Positions 47,686-59,897 of a DNA stretch of 64,000 nucleotides are shown piece by piece; position 1 is the stretch's first letter, and every line of letters starts with the position of its first letter. The position numbers and the translations under genes were made by a program. The stretch spans positions 310,001 to 374,000 of the forward strand of contig VJWM01000019.1 in NCBI GenBank assembly GCA_010909165.1, written 5' to 3'. Under the pieces are notes generated by a model. It made no database searches, had not been told where the DNA came from, and was given only the letters and a program-made list of their open reading frames with translations. This DNA comes from Anthoceros angustus (lineage: Eukaryota; Plantae; Anthocerotophyta).

Positions 47686-50139
47686 ATGGTGAAGCGCAGC
47701 AAGAGTGAGCTGCAAGATTGGTGTGAGTTGGACGGTGGGGCGCCAGATGGTGACGTTCTGATGTGAGTGGGATTTGCAGAGAGCAAGAGCAAGCGCATGC
47801 CCTTGCGGAAAAAGTACAAGATTCTGAAGAAGGTGAAGGAGCACCATAAGAAGAAGGCCAAGGAGGCCAAGAAGATTGGCACCAAAAAGGCCAAGGTCGA
47901 GAAGGATCCCGGAATCCCGAATGCCTGGCCTTTCAGGGAGCAGGAGCTGCAGGCTCTTGAGGCCCGCCGGGCTCGTGCGGTGGAGGAATTGGAGCGGAAA
48001 AAAGAGGAGAAGAAGGAGCGGGTGAGTGCAAGGAGGGTTTCGCGGTTGTCAGAGCGTGAGTGAGTGAGTTTGTCGGGGTTGTGATTCGGGTGGGTTTTGT
48101 GGCTTGGCACCTGCAGGCCAGAAAGAGGAAAGCCGGTGAGTTTGATGGAGAGCAAGACCTTGAGAAGCTTGCCTCTGATGCGGCACGAAAGGACTCGGAG
48201 TTTGAGAAGAGAAGGAAGACGGAGGTTGCTGCTGGGACTTCCGCCGCGAAAGGTTGGATGGTTAGGGTTTTGGGTTTTGGGGCAGTGATCGTGGTGATTT
48301 GGCAGGTGAAGTGATTCGGATTGTTGTGCTGGGTGGATAGGTGCAGATGGTTCTCGCAGGGCCTTTTACAAGGAGTTCATGAAAGTTGTGGAGGCTTCCG
48401 ACGTCGTCATACAGGTTTTAGATGCCCGTGATCCTCTTGGCAGCCGCTGCAAGGATGTTGAACGGCTGGTTCACAAATCTGGGCCTGCCAAGCGGGTGGT
48501 GCTACTGCTGAACAAGATTGGTAAGTGGCAATGCCTTCATTCTTGGTTTGGATCTGAGGTGCACGCCATGTATCTCACTGGGATTTTGTTATGTGACCGT
48601 GGGGTGCACTGGTTGTGATTTTGTCAGATCTTGTCCCCAAAGAGGTGGCAGAGAAGTGGCTCAAGTATCTGAGGGAAGAATTGCCAACTGTGGCTTTCAA
48701 GTGCAGTACTCAGCAGCAAAAAACGAATCTTGGACAGAAGGACCGGCGCAGCAAGAAGCCGATAACAGAAGTGCCTGACTTGCTGCAATCAAATGATTCT
48801 TTAGGTGCAGAAACTTTGCTGCAGCTTCTGAAGAACTATGCAAGAAACCAGCAGGTGAGAACTGTTTGTTTTCCTGGGCCCTAATTCTTTTGCTAACCTC
48901 TGTTCTGTAGTTACCTGAAGTTTCCTTGGCTATGCAGCTGAAGACATCCATCACTGTGGGAATAGTGGGCTTCCCCAACGTTGGGAAGAGCAGTCTCATC
49001 AACAGTCTAAAACGAACACGAGCAGTGAGTGTTGGTGCCACACCTGGGGTGACCAAGGTGACTCAGGAGGTGCATCTGGATAAGCATGTGAAGCTGCTTG
49101 ACAGTCCTGGAATTGTATTCGCCTCAGCTGGCGAGAACAATGCAGCAGTTGCTCTGCGCAATTGCATCAAGATAGAGAAACTGGAGGATCCTATCGCCCC
49201 AGGTACTACACCTGTTTCTGCATGTTGAGCAAGATTCCAGCAATTCTTGTCTGGCTGCTCACCGTGGCTTGAATTCTGCAGTGAAGGAAATCCTAAGACT
49301 CTGTCCAGCTGAAAGGCTGATGTCTATCTATAAGCTCCAAAGGTTCAGCACTGTAGACGAGTTTTTGCAACTTGTAGCTGCAGCCCGAGGGAAGTTAAAA
49401 AAAGGAGGTGTAGCTGACACTGTTGCAGCTGCACGAATGGTTCTACAAGACTGGAACACAGGTTGGACTAGTGTAATGTTGTAGGGGTGTTACGTGACGA
49501 GATGGAGTTTACTAGTTGTAACTACTAACCTTGAGAACCCTCGTTTCTTTCAGGAAAGATTCCTTATTTCACCATGCCTCCAAAACGGGACTCCGGTGAC
49601 CAATTGGAGTCTGCCATTGTGTCTGAGTGGGGTAAAGAATTTAACGTAGATGAAGTCTTCGAGCGGGAGCGCTCAGCAGTTATATCAGGGCTGCCATCAC
49701 TTGGAAGCACTCTTCATGTTGAGATGCCTGGTGGTGACCCCTTTGCTATGGATATGGATGTGGACATGCAGGAGGTTAGTGTCTCCTACTCTCCCACGTT
49801 CGAGTATTTTCTGCAAGTTTTGTCTCTGACTTTTCTTGATGAATTTCACAGGATGATGACGATGATGAGAACGAAAGTGATGAGGATTCTGAAGACGATG
49901 CTACCCAACCTGCGGAAAAGGAAGAGGAAGAACCTGAACCTCTCTCTATGGACACCAGCGAAGCTGTAGCTGTATTGTCCAGGGGTAGTGCCTTCCTTAG
50001 ACAGAATGACAAGCTGTACGATGTGGATGGCATACTAAATCCACATGCGAAGCGGGCTGAGAAGAAGCTGCGGAAGAAAGCAGCAAAGGTCAGCCGGCCT
50101 AGCGTAGGGGATAAGGAGAATGACTCCATGCAGACGTGA
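47686..50139 (+). CDS. NSN1: Nucleostemin/GNL3-like GTPase, copy 2 (apparently identical)
   Basis: Same exons at +2856. Only 41 bp of native upstream sequence is retained. It may be an assembly duplicate. Confidence 0.75.
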
Positions 50140-50500
50140 TCTATTTGCCAGGACAGATGAGGTTGCTGGTAGTGGATTTATCTGAGCTTTTCGATTGGCC
50201 AGGTATTCCGCTTCTTGCAGCACGAACGGATTTCCCACTATTGTTGTATTTCTGAAGTAGAAATTTTTCTCACTGACAGCCCCACATGGGGTCGCAGAGA
50301 TTTGATTAAAAACATCAAGAAGGCTGGTGCCATTTGTCGTCCTTCCATTCCACAGTTCAGCCGCGTTCACAGATATTACCGAGGCCTCTTGCGGAATTCG
50401 TTAACGCCAAAACTTTATTCACGTATTTCTCACCTGCGTACCTAGAATACCTAGTTACTATTACTTTTACATAAATGAGCCCCATAATTGGGGGCGAGTG

Positions 50501-52468
50501 CTATCCTGATGTACCAACTTTCCTACTTAGCTCCATTTCTTCACCCTCCTCATCTGCTTCATCTTCGTTGGTGCCATTCTCTCCTTTCCAACTGGTGCTA
50601 TCCGACTTGCCTTCTTCTCCAGCACTATCGCCTGCGTAGCTATGATTACTGTGTCCAGGAGACAGCCCCACCTTGGGCACTTGCGGAGAGCTCTGCGTTT
50701 GAGACGCAGCCTGCTGCTGTTCATAGTAGGGAGAGTGACCCAGCTGCATTTGGGGAGACTGAGACAGGTGTGAGTAATACTCCGGCGTCGATAATGCAGG
50801 TTGGCAGAAAGGTGGAACTGATGTTATCCCCTGGGAAGACGACTGCTGTACCGCTGCTGCTGCTGCCGCATACTCTGGAGGCATCCAAATCCCTCCCAGT
50901 ACCACCAAGTGAGGTGCCTGATGAGGGGTTGCCTGCTGGGGCGCAGGGCCTGGCCTTCTTGTGTGCAGCCTGTACTTCTGCAAAAAATGAACCGAGTGCA
51001 TTCGTGTGACGTGACGGCCTTGGCCTTGCAAATAATCAGCTGCAACCACCAAACGGGTGCAGTCTCACCTGCAAGTGGCTCTTCACTTCGTCGTTGGTGA
51101 GTCCATCCACCTTCATAAGCTCCCGGATTTGCTTGGGCGTAGCAACTGTTCACAGATCCGGCACACAACGAATGAGGTCCTCGAACAGGAAGCAAAGCAG
51201 ACAAAGGGAAACTCCATCTCTACAACGTTCTGACCTTGAGAGCCACCGAGTTGTTGCAACGCGCTCACAAACCGACGATGCAGCTCCGGGGACCAACACC
51301 TCCTGGCCTTCCTGTTGGCCCCCCCAGTACTGCTGGTGGTGGTAGTGGAGCCGGCAGCGCCCCCCTCAAGCTCGCCAGTGGCTCTGGAATGGATCGCCGT
51401 GACCTGGAGCTGCGGCCCATGCTTAGGCCCACGCGCCACACCCACATCCGCGCTCCCCACCTCCTCCAACCCGCCAGCCAAGCCGGACACGCTGGGGCTC
51501 CGCGCACTCGTCAGCTCCCCGTCGCCGGGCGGGGGCGAGGAGCTCAGCGTCAAATCCGTGCCGTTGCAAGCCGCCGCATCCGAGCGGGTAGATACAGGCC
51601 GCGTCGCCGTCACCTGCTTATCTCTGATGAAGGGCAGGAACGCTCCCGCCGGCCGTTGCCTTGAGCTCAGCACCAGTCTTGGGCTGCACGAAGTCACCTG
51701 CTGCTCTGCGTCCCCATCCCCGGATCGCAACCCGATCTCCTCCGTCACCGCCGACTCCTTCTAAACAAAAAACCAAGCACCCGCGTCAGCCACCTTCCAC
51801 CATCTCGCTCACTGACCACGCTGCAACACATCAAGAAAACCTTCCTTCACTCACGCACCTCTTGCCGCCGGCTGGCGCCACTGGACGGCCTGTCCCAGAG
51901 CTGCGCCTCCGCCATCCAAGAAGGCTTGTCCGACCCGCCTCCCTTGCCCTGCTCCGTCTCCTTCCCCTCCTGCCTCAGCTTATCCCACTTGGCCCGCACC
52001 GGCGGGCCGCCATCCGCGTCCCCGCCCTGGGAGCCCTGCACCACTGAGGACTCCCTCCCCTCGCAGGACTCCGCCCCCTTCCCCGCCCTCCCGCTCGCCA
52101 GCTGCTCCTTAGACGTCTCTATCTCTGAAGCCAGACAAGAAAGCACTCATCAATCACCACACCACCTCACCCACCGGCACGCAAGAATGCGACTCCATCA
52201 AACCGACCAAGAACTCGCGCATCCTGCAACTCACCGTGATCCAGGAGCTGCAAGCAGAGCGGGAGCTCCCGCTTGAAGGCCTCCACTTTCCTCCTCTCAT
52301 CCTGCAGCGCCACAAGATACTCCTCCAATTTGCGCACCATTTCCGCGCCCCCTGCAGAGCAGCAAACATGACGGTCAGCCCTCGTCCCGTCCCGTCCCGT
52401 CCCGTCCTCTCCTCTCCTCGCAAACAAACCTGCGATCACAGCCTCCAAGTGCCCTGCTCACCTGGCAT
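50501..52468 (-). CDS. GARP/G2-like MYB transcription factor, NIGT1/HRS1/HHO family
   Basis: [30 protein letters not shown]; [11 protein letters not shown]; [26 protein letters not shown]|[26 protein letters not shown]|KYRLHTRRP. The start is either the ATG at 52468 (7-nt first exon) or at 52340. Stop at 50501-50503. Confidence 0.92.
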
Positions 52469-53589
52469 TGCGCTTGTCGGGCCAGGACCAGCTCCGTCGT
52501 CTCCGCAACACGACCCCGCCTCCTCCCCAATTGCATTGCCCGCGGGCCAGCGACCGGGCCGCAGATCAGAGCTCGAGCAAGGGCGGATTATCAGCGCGGC
52601 GGGAGGGACACGCGGGCACTACATGGCAGCACCAGCGGCATCAGAAGCATCAGGGGAGCATAACATCGGGCACGGGAACGGACTGCGCAGCCCAGGTCAC
52701 AACAGGCGGCCGAGCCCCGGCCCCGGCCCCGCCCGGGCCCCGGCCCGGCCAAGGCAGCAGGCATGGCTTGGAATATTCTGGGGAGATAAGGATGTGCAAA
52801 AAATGGCGACAGATGCCCTACACCGATGCGCATATGCGGCGAATGGACTTGGGAAATTCCGGTCGGGAGATCTGGCAGTGTAGCAGGTGCAGTGAACTCG
52901 GAGGCTCGGGCCGAGCCTGCAGCCTCGGGTCACTGCCGCCGCCCCATTCGTCGCCTGCTCAGATTCCCTTCCTCTGGCCCACTTCTGGTGACTGCCAGAA
53001 TATGCGACACGATTCCAGGATGGAATCCCTGGGTCCCGGTATATCCAACTCCTCTCCTCTGCCGATTCCAGCCCAACGGGCTGCTGTGCTGTCGACTGTC
53101 CAGCAAGTTCCCGTTCTGTGTGGTTGTATATCCGTCCCTGAGTGCCTCCAGGATCTGGGGTCGGCACTGCCACTGGCCAACTCCAGCCTCTTTCATAAAA
53201 TTAGCAGGACGCTGGCACGGCGGCGTCGCTGACCGCCTGGAGAGAAGAGTGTGTGCACAGTAGATTGTAGGGTGCATTCATGGGCACAGCACCCGGACGG
53301 TGAAGGAATTCACGGACGCATCATGCACAGACTAGTAACAAAAAGGGCTGAGGAAAAATGGACCAGGCAACATTCCCAGCATCTACCTTCGAAGATACAG
53401 TATGTACTCTGCTGGTGCTGCTGCTCCTGCCGGTCGGGGTGGTCCAGCACCTAAGCCGTACCTTTGGTATATCCCCCATGCCAGAATAGTTCCTCCCTTG
53501 GATGCCTGTACCTCGAGGGGGAACAAGAGGAGGATGATGCCACCAGATGCTATTGCTCCATCTCCTCGAGTTAGTCTTCATCATAGCCA

Positions 53590-55050
53590 ACAAAGCTGCG
53601 TTCCTCCAGTCGCAGGTCGGCTGATAGCTCTTCCAGAGGCACAGAAGGGGCATCATCACCGTCTGTCATGGACCCTGCCTCCGTTGGAGTGCGGTATGTC
53701 GGGTCTCGGTAGATGGCGATTTTAGATCGCATGTCCGGGTCCTCCTCGATCTCCTCTAAGAACTTCTCATAGTCTCCGGCATTCCGGGCCTGGTCATGTC
53801 TGCCTGTCTCTTCTACTTCTATGGCTAACGCCGAGGCTTGCCTCTCCTCTTCTGCCGATTCTCCTCATAGCTTTTCTTCACATGCACTCCGTCTGGGAGC
53901 TGGAGGCCTTTGTACTTGTCAAGCTCCAGATCGTTCGTGTTTGCGCCGTAGAGGTCGTGGCCTGGAGCGTAGTCTCCCGGGTTCAACAGATGGCCTAGAT
54001 GAGTCCTCACTGTGAAGATGGTAACGTTCTTGCCAAAATCACTGCTGCGAGCAACCTGTGCTACCGCTAAGCAGTATTTCCCATTGCTCTCCACAACCTC
54101 CCGCTCCTTGTCGATGTCAAGGACAATGTACTCCACGAGCTGCTTGCTGGACAGCAGTGCCCTGTATGGAGCTTTCCAGTACTGCGAAGCATCAACGTAT
54201 GCAGGCCTCAGAGTCAGGGGTCCAGCAACATGAGGCTGTTGGTCACCCGTGTGCATAATACCAGAGGCCCAATGTTGCCCAGACTTGACGCCACCTATTG
54301 AGGCAAACAAATCAAATCATCCTTGCAAATAGGACTCATCTCCACAGAGAAAGTGAATTTATAATTGTACGAGTTGCTCTTGGTATCATGAGACACAAGC
54401 TGCTTGTCACTCCGACTCTTGACGGGCACCACATTGTTAAGGAAGTCTACGAACTTCAGGGCATGACTTCTGTTTCCGAAAAAGAAATCAACCCCCTCGT
54501 GTATCTGTTTGATGTTGATGGCTTGATATGCTGCACTGTGCTTCACTATCAGCTGTTCCAAGTACAAAAATGTGCATTTATGATCCACCTTCTGCTTCAC
54601 TTGCACCACCGCAATCCACTGGTCAGGGTTTCCCGCAGCCCTGGAGCAGGCATCACACATGCGATCCTCCACCACATACTGCTGCTCCAGAATTGCCCCA
54701 TGCACCACCTCCTTCTGAATCTTAAGCTTCACCTTCAACCTCTTAGGATGCGGCTCTGTCCAAATGAATCCCGCATCGGTCAACCTGACCTTGTTCAGAT
54801 TCTTCAGCCGCTTGATGCAGAAGGTGAGCAACACCTTGGACTCCTGCTGCGCCTTCACCCAGGAGCGTGGCGGCTGCAGATAGCGCTCACTCTCGGGGCA
54901 GTAGAGCACAGTCACGTTCTTCTGCAATCCCTCCGTGATGTCCACCTGCGCCGTCAGGCAGACCCACACCCATGTTCGCAGCATTCGGGGCCATGGACAC
55001 ACCGCACATGCAGCACAGCACCCGCCCCATCGTATGCTGCACGGTCAACA
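53590..55050 (-). pseudogene. NMD3: NMD3 (60S export adaptor) pseudogene, copy 1, intronless
   Basis: LCCMCGVSMAPNAANM; QVDITEG; WTEPHPKRLKVKL; TFLYLEQLI; GVDFFF; VRTHLGHLLNPGDY. Lesions include a frameshift near 54965, a premature TAG at 54295-54297 and a frameshift near 54215. Confidence 0.9.
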
Positions 55051-55748
55051 TGCCCCATGGCAACGGACCATCCAGCCCCATTCCTCCTCCAAGGCTCAAT
55101 CCCCTCTCAGGTTCAATCCTCCAAGCTTCAATCCCCCAAGCTCCCGAGATCCTAACCAACCTCTACCTCCAAGCGGCCCTTGGAGGGGTTAAGTCGGGTC
55201 AGTCCAGTTTAGGGGAACGTCTACCTATCAGGTGACTAAACCCTGACTTCAGAATGTACTGACCTAATAAGTTGGGGAAAAGGCAAGTTGGAGAAGCACC
55301 TTTCAGAGGCGTGTGCCTACTGACGAGGCGTTCGTCTTCCAACCCTTGCCCTCCAACCGCAAGCAGCAGTCGTTTCAAAGCCCTGTGCCGCAGTGGTGAT
55401 CATCGCAGGCCCAAGGCTGGAACAAGTGCTGTGCAACCTGAGCCATGAAATTCTGCTGTTACTGGATCAAACTCATGCATTGCAGCTCTGGCATTCTGGC
55501 GGTGGGATCATCCAGATCATGCAAATCAACTTCAGCCATCAACTTGTTACCACAACATGAGTTTGGCCGGGCTTTAGCTGGCGGCATTCAATGCTCTCAA
55601 ACAGACATGTGTCGTGCATGCGAGCAAGAAAAGCAGCAGAAGCATCCCGCATCCATCACTTTCTTGAGCAGGCTCTTACTTCGGCATGGATGCTTGTAGG
55701 AAGGGTGTCACTTAGGCCAATTTCGCGTCCGCCTGGCCGCTTCACACC

Positions 55749-56384
55749 ATGGGGGGTTCTTCGAAGCTAGCGCCGATCGAGAACACAGCCCTGATCAAAG
55801 AAAACTATCGCCGCGAGTCGAGATTGGCCACATTGTTCATGAACAACATTCCGAACAAGATGCCTAAAGATCACGTCTCTCAACCGGGCAGTGCACATTC
55901 CACCGCAAGTTCGGGTGCCAAGCCTGCGGCGACGGCTGCACTTTCCAAGCCTGCTCCTGCACCTGCACCGCCTGCAGTGGATCCCATGCGGTATCCAACT
56001 GATGTTGAAACCAGGAGAATGAATGATCTCTCCATGAAGCTGTGGAAAAGGGTGAATTCTGGCTACCTCATTCCTACAAGAAGAGTTGAGAGCCTGGCAT
56101 CGTCAGACTTCAAGTACAACGAACGGCTGATAGAGAAGACGGACCGCACATTCATGCACAAGCGGGATCTGTTCTCTGAGTATGTCGAGGCTGCGGCCAG
56201 AATGGGAGGCATGTTGATGAACAAGAAACCCTTGGCTGACAGACCAGTTTCTCGAGGCAAAAACAAGGGAGCGGCACCAAAGGCCGCTCCCGGTGCGGCT
56301 CCGGCTGCTGCTCCCGCTGCGGCCCCGGCTGCTGCTCCCGCTGCGGCGCCGGCAGCTGCTCCATCGCCAGCTGCCCCAGCTTGA
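55749..56384 (+). CDS. Hypothetical 211-aa protein with a (PAAA)n tail, copy 1
   Basis: An uninterrupted ATG ORF (caccATGg context) with an ordered N-terminal and central part and an Ala/Pro repeat tail. Family not confidently recognised. Confidence 0.7.
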   Translation: MGGSSKLAPIENTALIKENYRRESRLATLFMNNIPNKMPKDHVSQPGSAHSTASSGAKPAATAALSKPAPAPAPPAVDPMRYPTDVETRRMNDLSMKLWKRVNSGYLIPTRRVESLASSDFKYNERLIEKTDRTFMHKRDLFSEYVEAAARMGGMLMNKKPLADRPVSRGKNKGAAPKAAPGAAPAAAPAAAPAAAPAAAPAAAPSPAAPA

Positions 56385-57738
56385 CAAGCTCCAGTTTTGA
56401 TCGAGCACCTTGACGGTTTTGAACATTAGAAGAGCATCAAAGCTATGCGACAAGGCATCATCTCAAACTTTGGTTCGACCCCCAGCGCAGCGAGAGCAAA
56501 AACCAGAGCAGCAAACATGACGGTCAGCCCTCGTCCCGTCCCGTCCCGTCCCGTCCTCTCCTCTCCTCGCAAACAAACCTGCGATCACAGCCTCCAAGTG
56601 CCCTGCTCACCTGGCATTGCGCTTGTCGGGCCAGGACCAGCTCCGTCGTCTCCGCAACACGACCCCGCCTCCTCCCCAATTGCATTGCCCGCGGGCCAGC
56701 GACCGGGCCGCAGATCAGAGCTCGAGCAAGGGCGGATTATCAGCGCGGCGGGAGGGACACGCGGGCACTACATGGCAGCACCAGCGGCATCAGAAGCATC
56801 AGGGGAGCATAACATCGGGCACGGGAACGGACTGCGCAGCCCAGGTCACAACAGGCGGCCGAGCCCCGGCCCCGGCCCCGCCCGGGCCCCGGCCCGGCCA
56901 AGGCAGCAGGCATGGCTTGGAATATTCTGGGGAGATAAGGATGTGCAAAAAATGGCGACAGATGCCCTACACCGATGCGCATATGCGGCGAATGGACTTG
57001 GGAAATTCCGGTCGGGAGATCTGGCAGTGTAGCAGGTGCAGTGAACTCGGAGGCTCGGGCCGAGCCTGCAGCCTCGGGTCACTGCCGCCGCCCCATTCGT
57101 CGCCTGCTCAGATTCCCTTCCTCTGGCCCACTTCTGGTGACTGCCAGAATATGCGACACGATTCCAGGATGGAATCCCTGGGTCCCGGTATATCCAACTC
57201 CTCTCCTCTGCCGATTCCAGCCCAACGGGCTGCTGTGCTGTCGACTGTCCAGCAAGTTCCCGTTCTGTGTGGTTGTATATCCGTCCCTGAGTGCCTCCAG
57301 GATCTGGGGTCGGCACTGCCACTGGCCAACTCCAGCCTCTTTCATAAAATTAGCAGGACGCTGGCACGGCGGCGTCGCTGACCGCCTGGAGAGAAGAGTG
57401 TGTGCACAGTAGATTGTAGGGTGCATTCATGGGCACAGCACCCGGACGGTGAAGGAATTCACGGACGCATCATGCACAGACTAGTAACAAAAAGGGCTGA
57501 GGAAAAATGGACCAGGCAACATTCCCAGCATCTACCTTCGAAGATACAGTATGTACTCTGCTGGTGCTGCTGCTCCTGCCGGTCGGGGTGGTCCAGCACC
57601 TAAGCCGTACCTTTGGTATATCCCCCATGCCAGAATAGTTCCTCCCTTGGATGCCTGTACCTCGAGGGGGAACAAGAGGAGGATGATGCCACCAGATGCT
57701 ATTGCTCCATCTCCTCGAGTTAGTCTTCATCATAGCCA

Positions 57739-59199
57739 ACAAAGCTGCGTTCCTCCAGTCGCAGGTCGGCTGATAGCTCTTCCAGAGGCACAGAAGGGGC
57801 ATCATCACCGTCTGTCATGGACCCTGCCTCCGTTGGAGTGCGGTATGTCGGGTCTCGGTAGATGGCGATTTTAGATCGCATGTCCGGGTCCTCCTCGATC
57901 TCCTCTAAGAACTTCTCATAGTCTCCGGCATTCCGGGCCTGGTCATGTCTGCCTGTCTCTTCTACTTCTATGGCTAACGCCGAGGCTTGCCTCTCCTCTT
58001 CTGCCGATTCTCCTCATAGCTTTTCTTCACATGCACTCCGTCTGGGAGCTGGAGGCCTTTGTACTTGTCAAGCTCCAGATCGTTCGTGTTTGCGCCGTAG
58101 AGGTCGTGGCCTGGAGCGTAGTCTCCCGGGTTCAACAGATGGCCTAGATGAGTCCTCACTGTGAAGATGGTAACGTTCTTGCCAAAATCACTGCTGCGAG
58201 CAACCTGTGCTACCGCTAAGCAGTATTTCCCATTGCTCTCCACAACCTCCCGCTCCTTGTCGATGTCAAGGACAATGTACTCCACGAGCTGCTTGCTGGA
58301 CAGCAGTGCCCTGTATGGAGCTTTCCAGTACTGCGAAGCATCAACGTATGCAGGCCTCAGAGTCAGGGGTCCAGCAACATGAGGCTGTTGGTCACCCGTG
58401 TGCATAATACCAGAGGCCCAATGTTGCCCAGACTTGACGCCACCTATTGAGGCAAACAAATCAAATCATCCTTGCAAATAGGACTCATCTCCACAGAGAA
58501 AGTGAATTTATAATTGTACGAGTTGCTCTTGGTATCATGAGACACAAGCTGCTTGTCACTCCGACTCTTGACGGGCACCACATTGTTAAGGAAGTCTACG
58601 AACTTCAGGGCATGACTTCTGTTTCCGAAAAAGAAATCAACCCCCTCGTGTATCTGTTTGATGTTGATGGCTTGATATGCTGCACTGTGCTTCACTATCA
58701 GCTGTTCCAAGTACAAAAATGTGCATTTATGATCCACCTTCTGCTTCACTTGCACCACCGCAATCCACTGGTCAGGGTTTCCCGCAGCCCTGGAGCAGGC
58801 ATCACACATGCGATCCTCCACCACATACTGCTGCTCCAGAATTGCCCCATGCACCACCTCCTTCTGAATCTTAAGCTTCACCTTCAACCTCTTAGGATGC
58901 GGCTCTGTCCAAATGAATCCCGCATCGGTCAACCTGACCTTGTTCAGATTCTTCAGCCGCTTGATGCAGAAGGTGAGCAACACCTTGGACTCCTGCTGCG
59001 CCTTCACCCAGGAGCGTGGCGGCTGCAGATAGCGCTCACTCTCGGGGCAGTAGAGCACAGTCACGTTCTTCTGCAATCCCTCCGTGATGTCCACCTGCGC
59101 CGTCAGGCAGACCCACACCCATGTTCGCAGCATTCGGGGCCATGGACACACCGCACATGCAGCACAGCACCCGCCCCATCGTATGCTGCACGGTCAACA
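57739..59199 (-). pseudogene. NMD3: NMD3 pseudogene, copy 2
   Basis: Matches copy 1 at +4149, including the lesions. Confidence 0.8.
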
Positions 59200-59897
59200 T
59201 GCCCCATGGCAACGGACCATCCAGCCCCATTCCTCCTCCAAGGCTCAATCCCCTCTCAGGTTCAATCCTCCAAGCTTCAATCCCCCAAGCTCCCGAGATC
59301 CTAACCAACCTCTACCTCCAAGCGGCCCTTGGAGGGGTTAAGTCGGGTCAGTCCAGTTTAGGGGAACGTCTACCTATCAGGTGACTAAACCCTGACTTCA
59401 GAATGTACTGACCTAATAAGTTGGGGAAAAGGCAAGTTGGAGAAGCACCTTTCAGAGGCGTGTGCCTACTGACGAGGCGTTCGTCTTCCAACCCTTGCCC
59501 TCCAACCGCAAGCAGCAGTCGTTTCAAAGCCCTGTGCCGCAGTGGTGATCATCGCAGGCCCAAGGCTGGAACAAGTGCTGTGCAACCTGAGCCATGAAAT
59601 TCTGCTGTTACTGGATCAAACTCATGCATTGCAGCTCTGGCATTCTGGCGGTGGGATCATCCAGATCATGCAAATCAACTTCAGCCATCAACTTGTTACC
59701 ACAACATGAGTTTGGCCGGGCTTTAGCTGGCGGCATTCAATGCTCTCAAACAGACATGTGTCGTGCATGCGAGCAAGAAAAGCAGCAGAAGCATCCCGCA
59801 TCCATCACTTTCTTGAGCAGGCTCTTACTTCGGCATGGATGCTTGTAGGAAGGGTGTCACTTAGGCCAATTTCGCGTCCGCCTGGCCGCTTCACACC

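Larger units (their letters stand above)
44789..50500 (+). repeat. Apparently exact tandem duplication of 2,856 bp (44789-47644 and 47645-50500)
   Basis: All ORFs recur at an offset of 2856 with identical translations. The junction ...gggcgagtg|gtgaggcgaagg shows no microhomology. Confidence 0.95.

Noticed and set aside
52236-53277. Overlapping 145-254 aa ORFs upstream of NIGT1 (and their copies at 56445-57426)
   Set aside because: GC-rich promoter or leader sequence with no recognisable motifs, and several frames are open simultaneously.
54298-55155. 285-aa His/Leu-rich plus-strand ORF (and its copy at 58447-59304)
   Set aside because: Antisense shadow of the NMD3 coding sequence.
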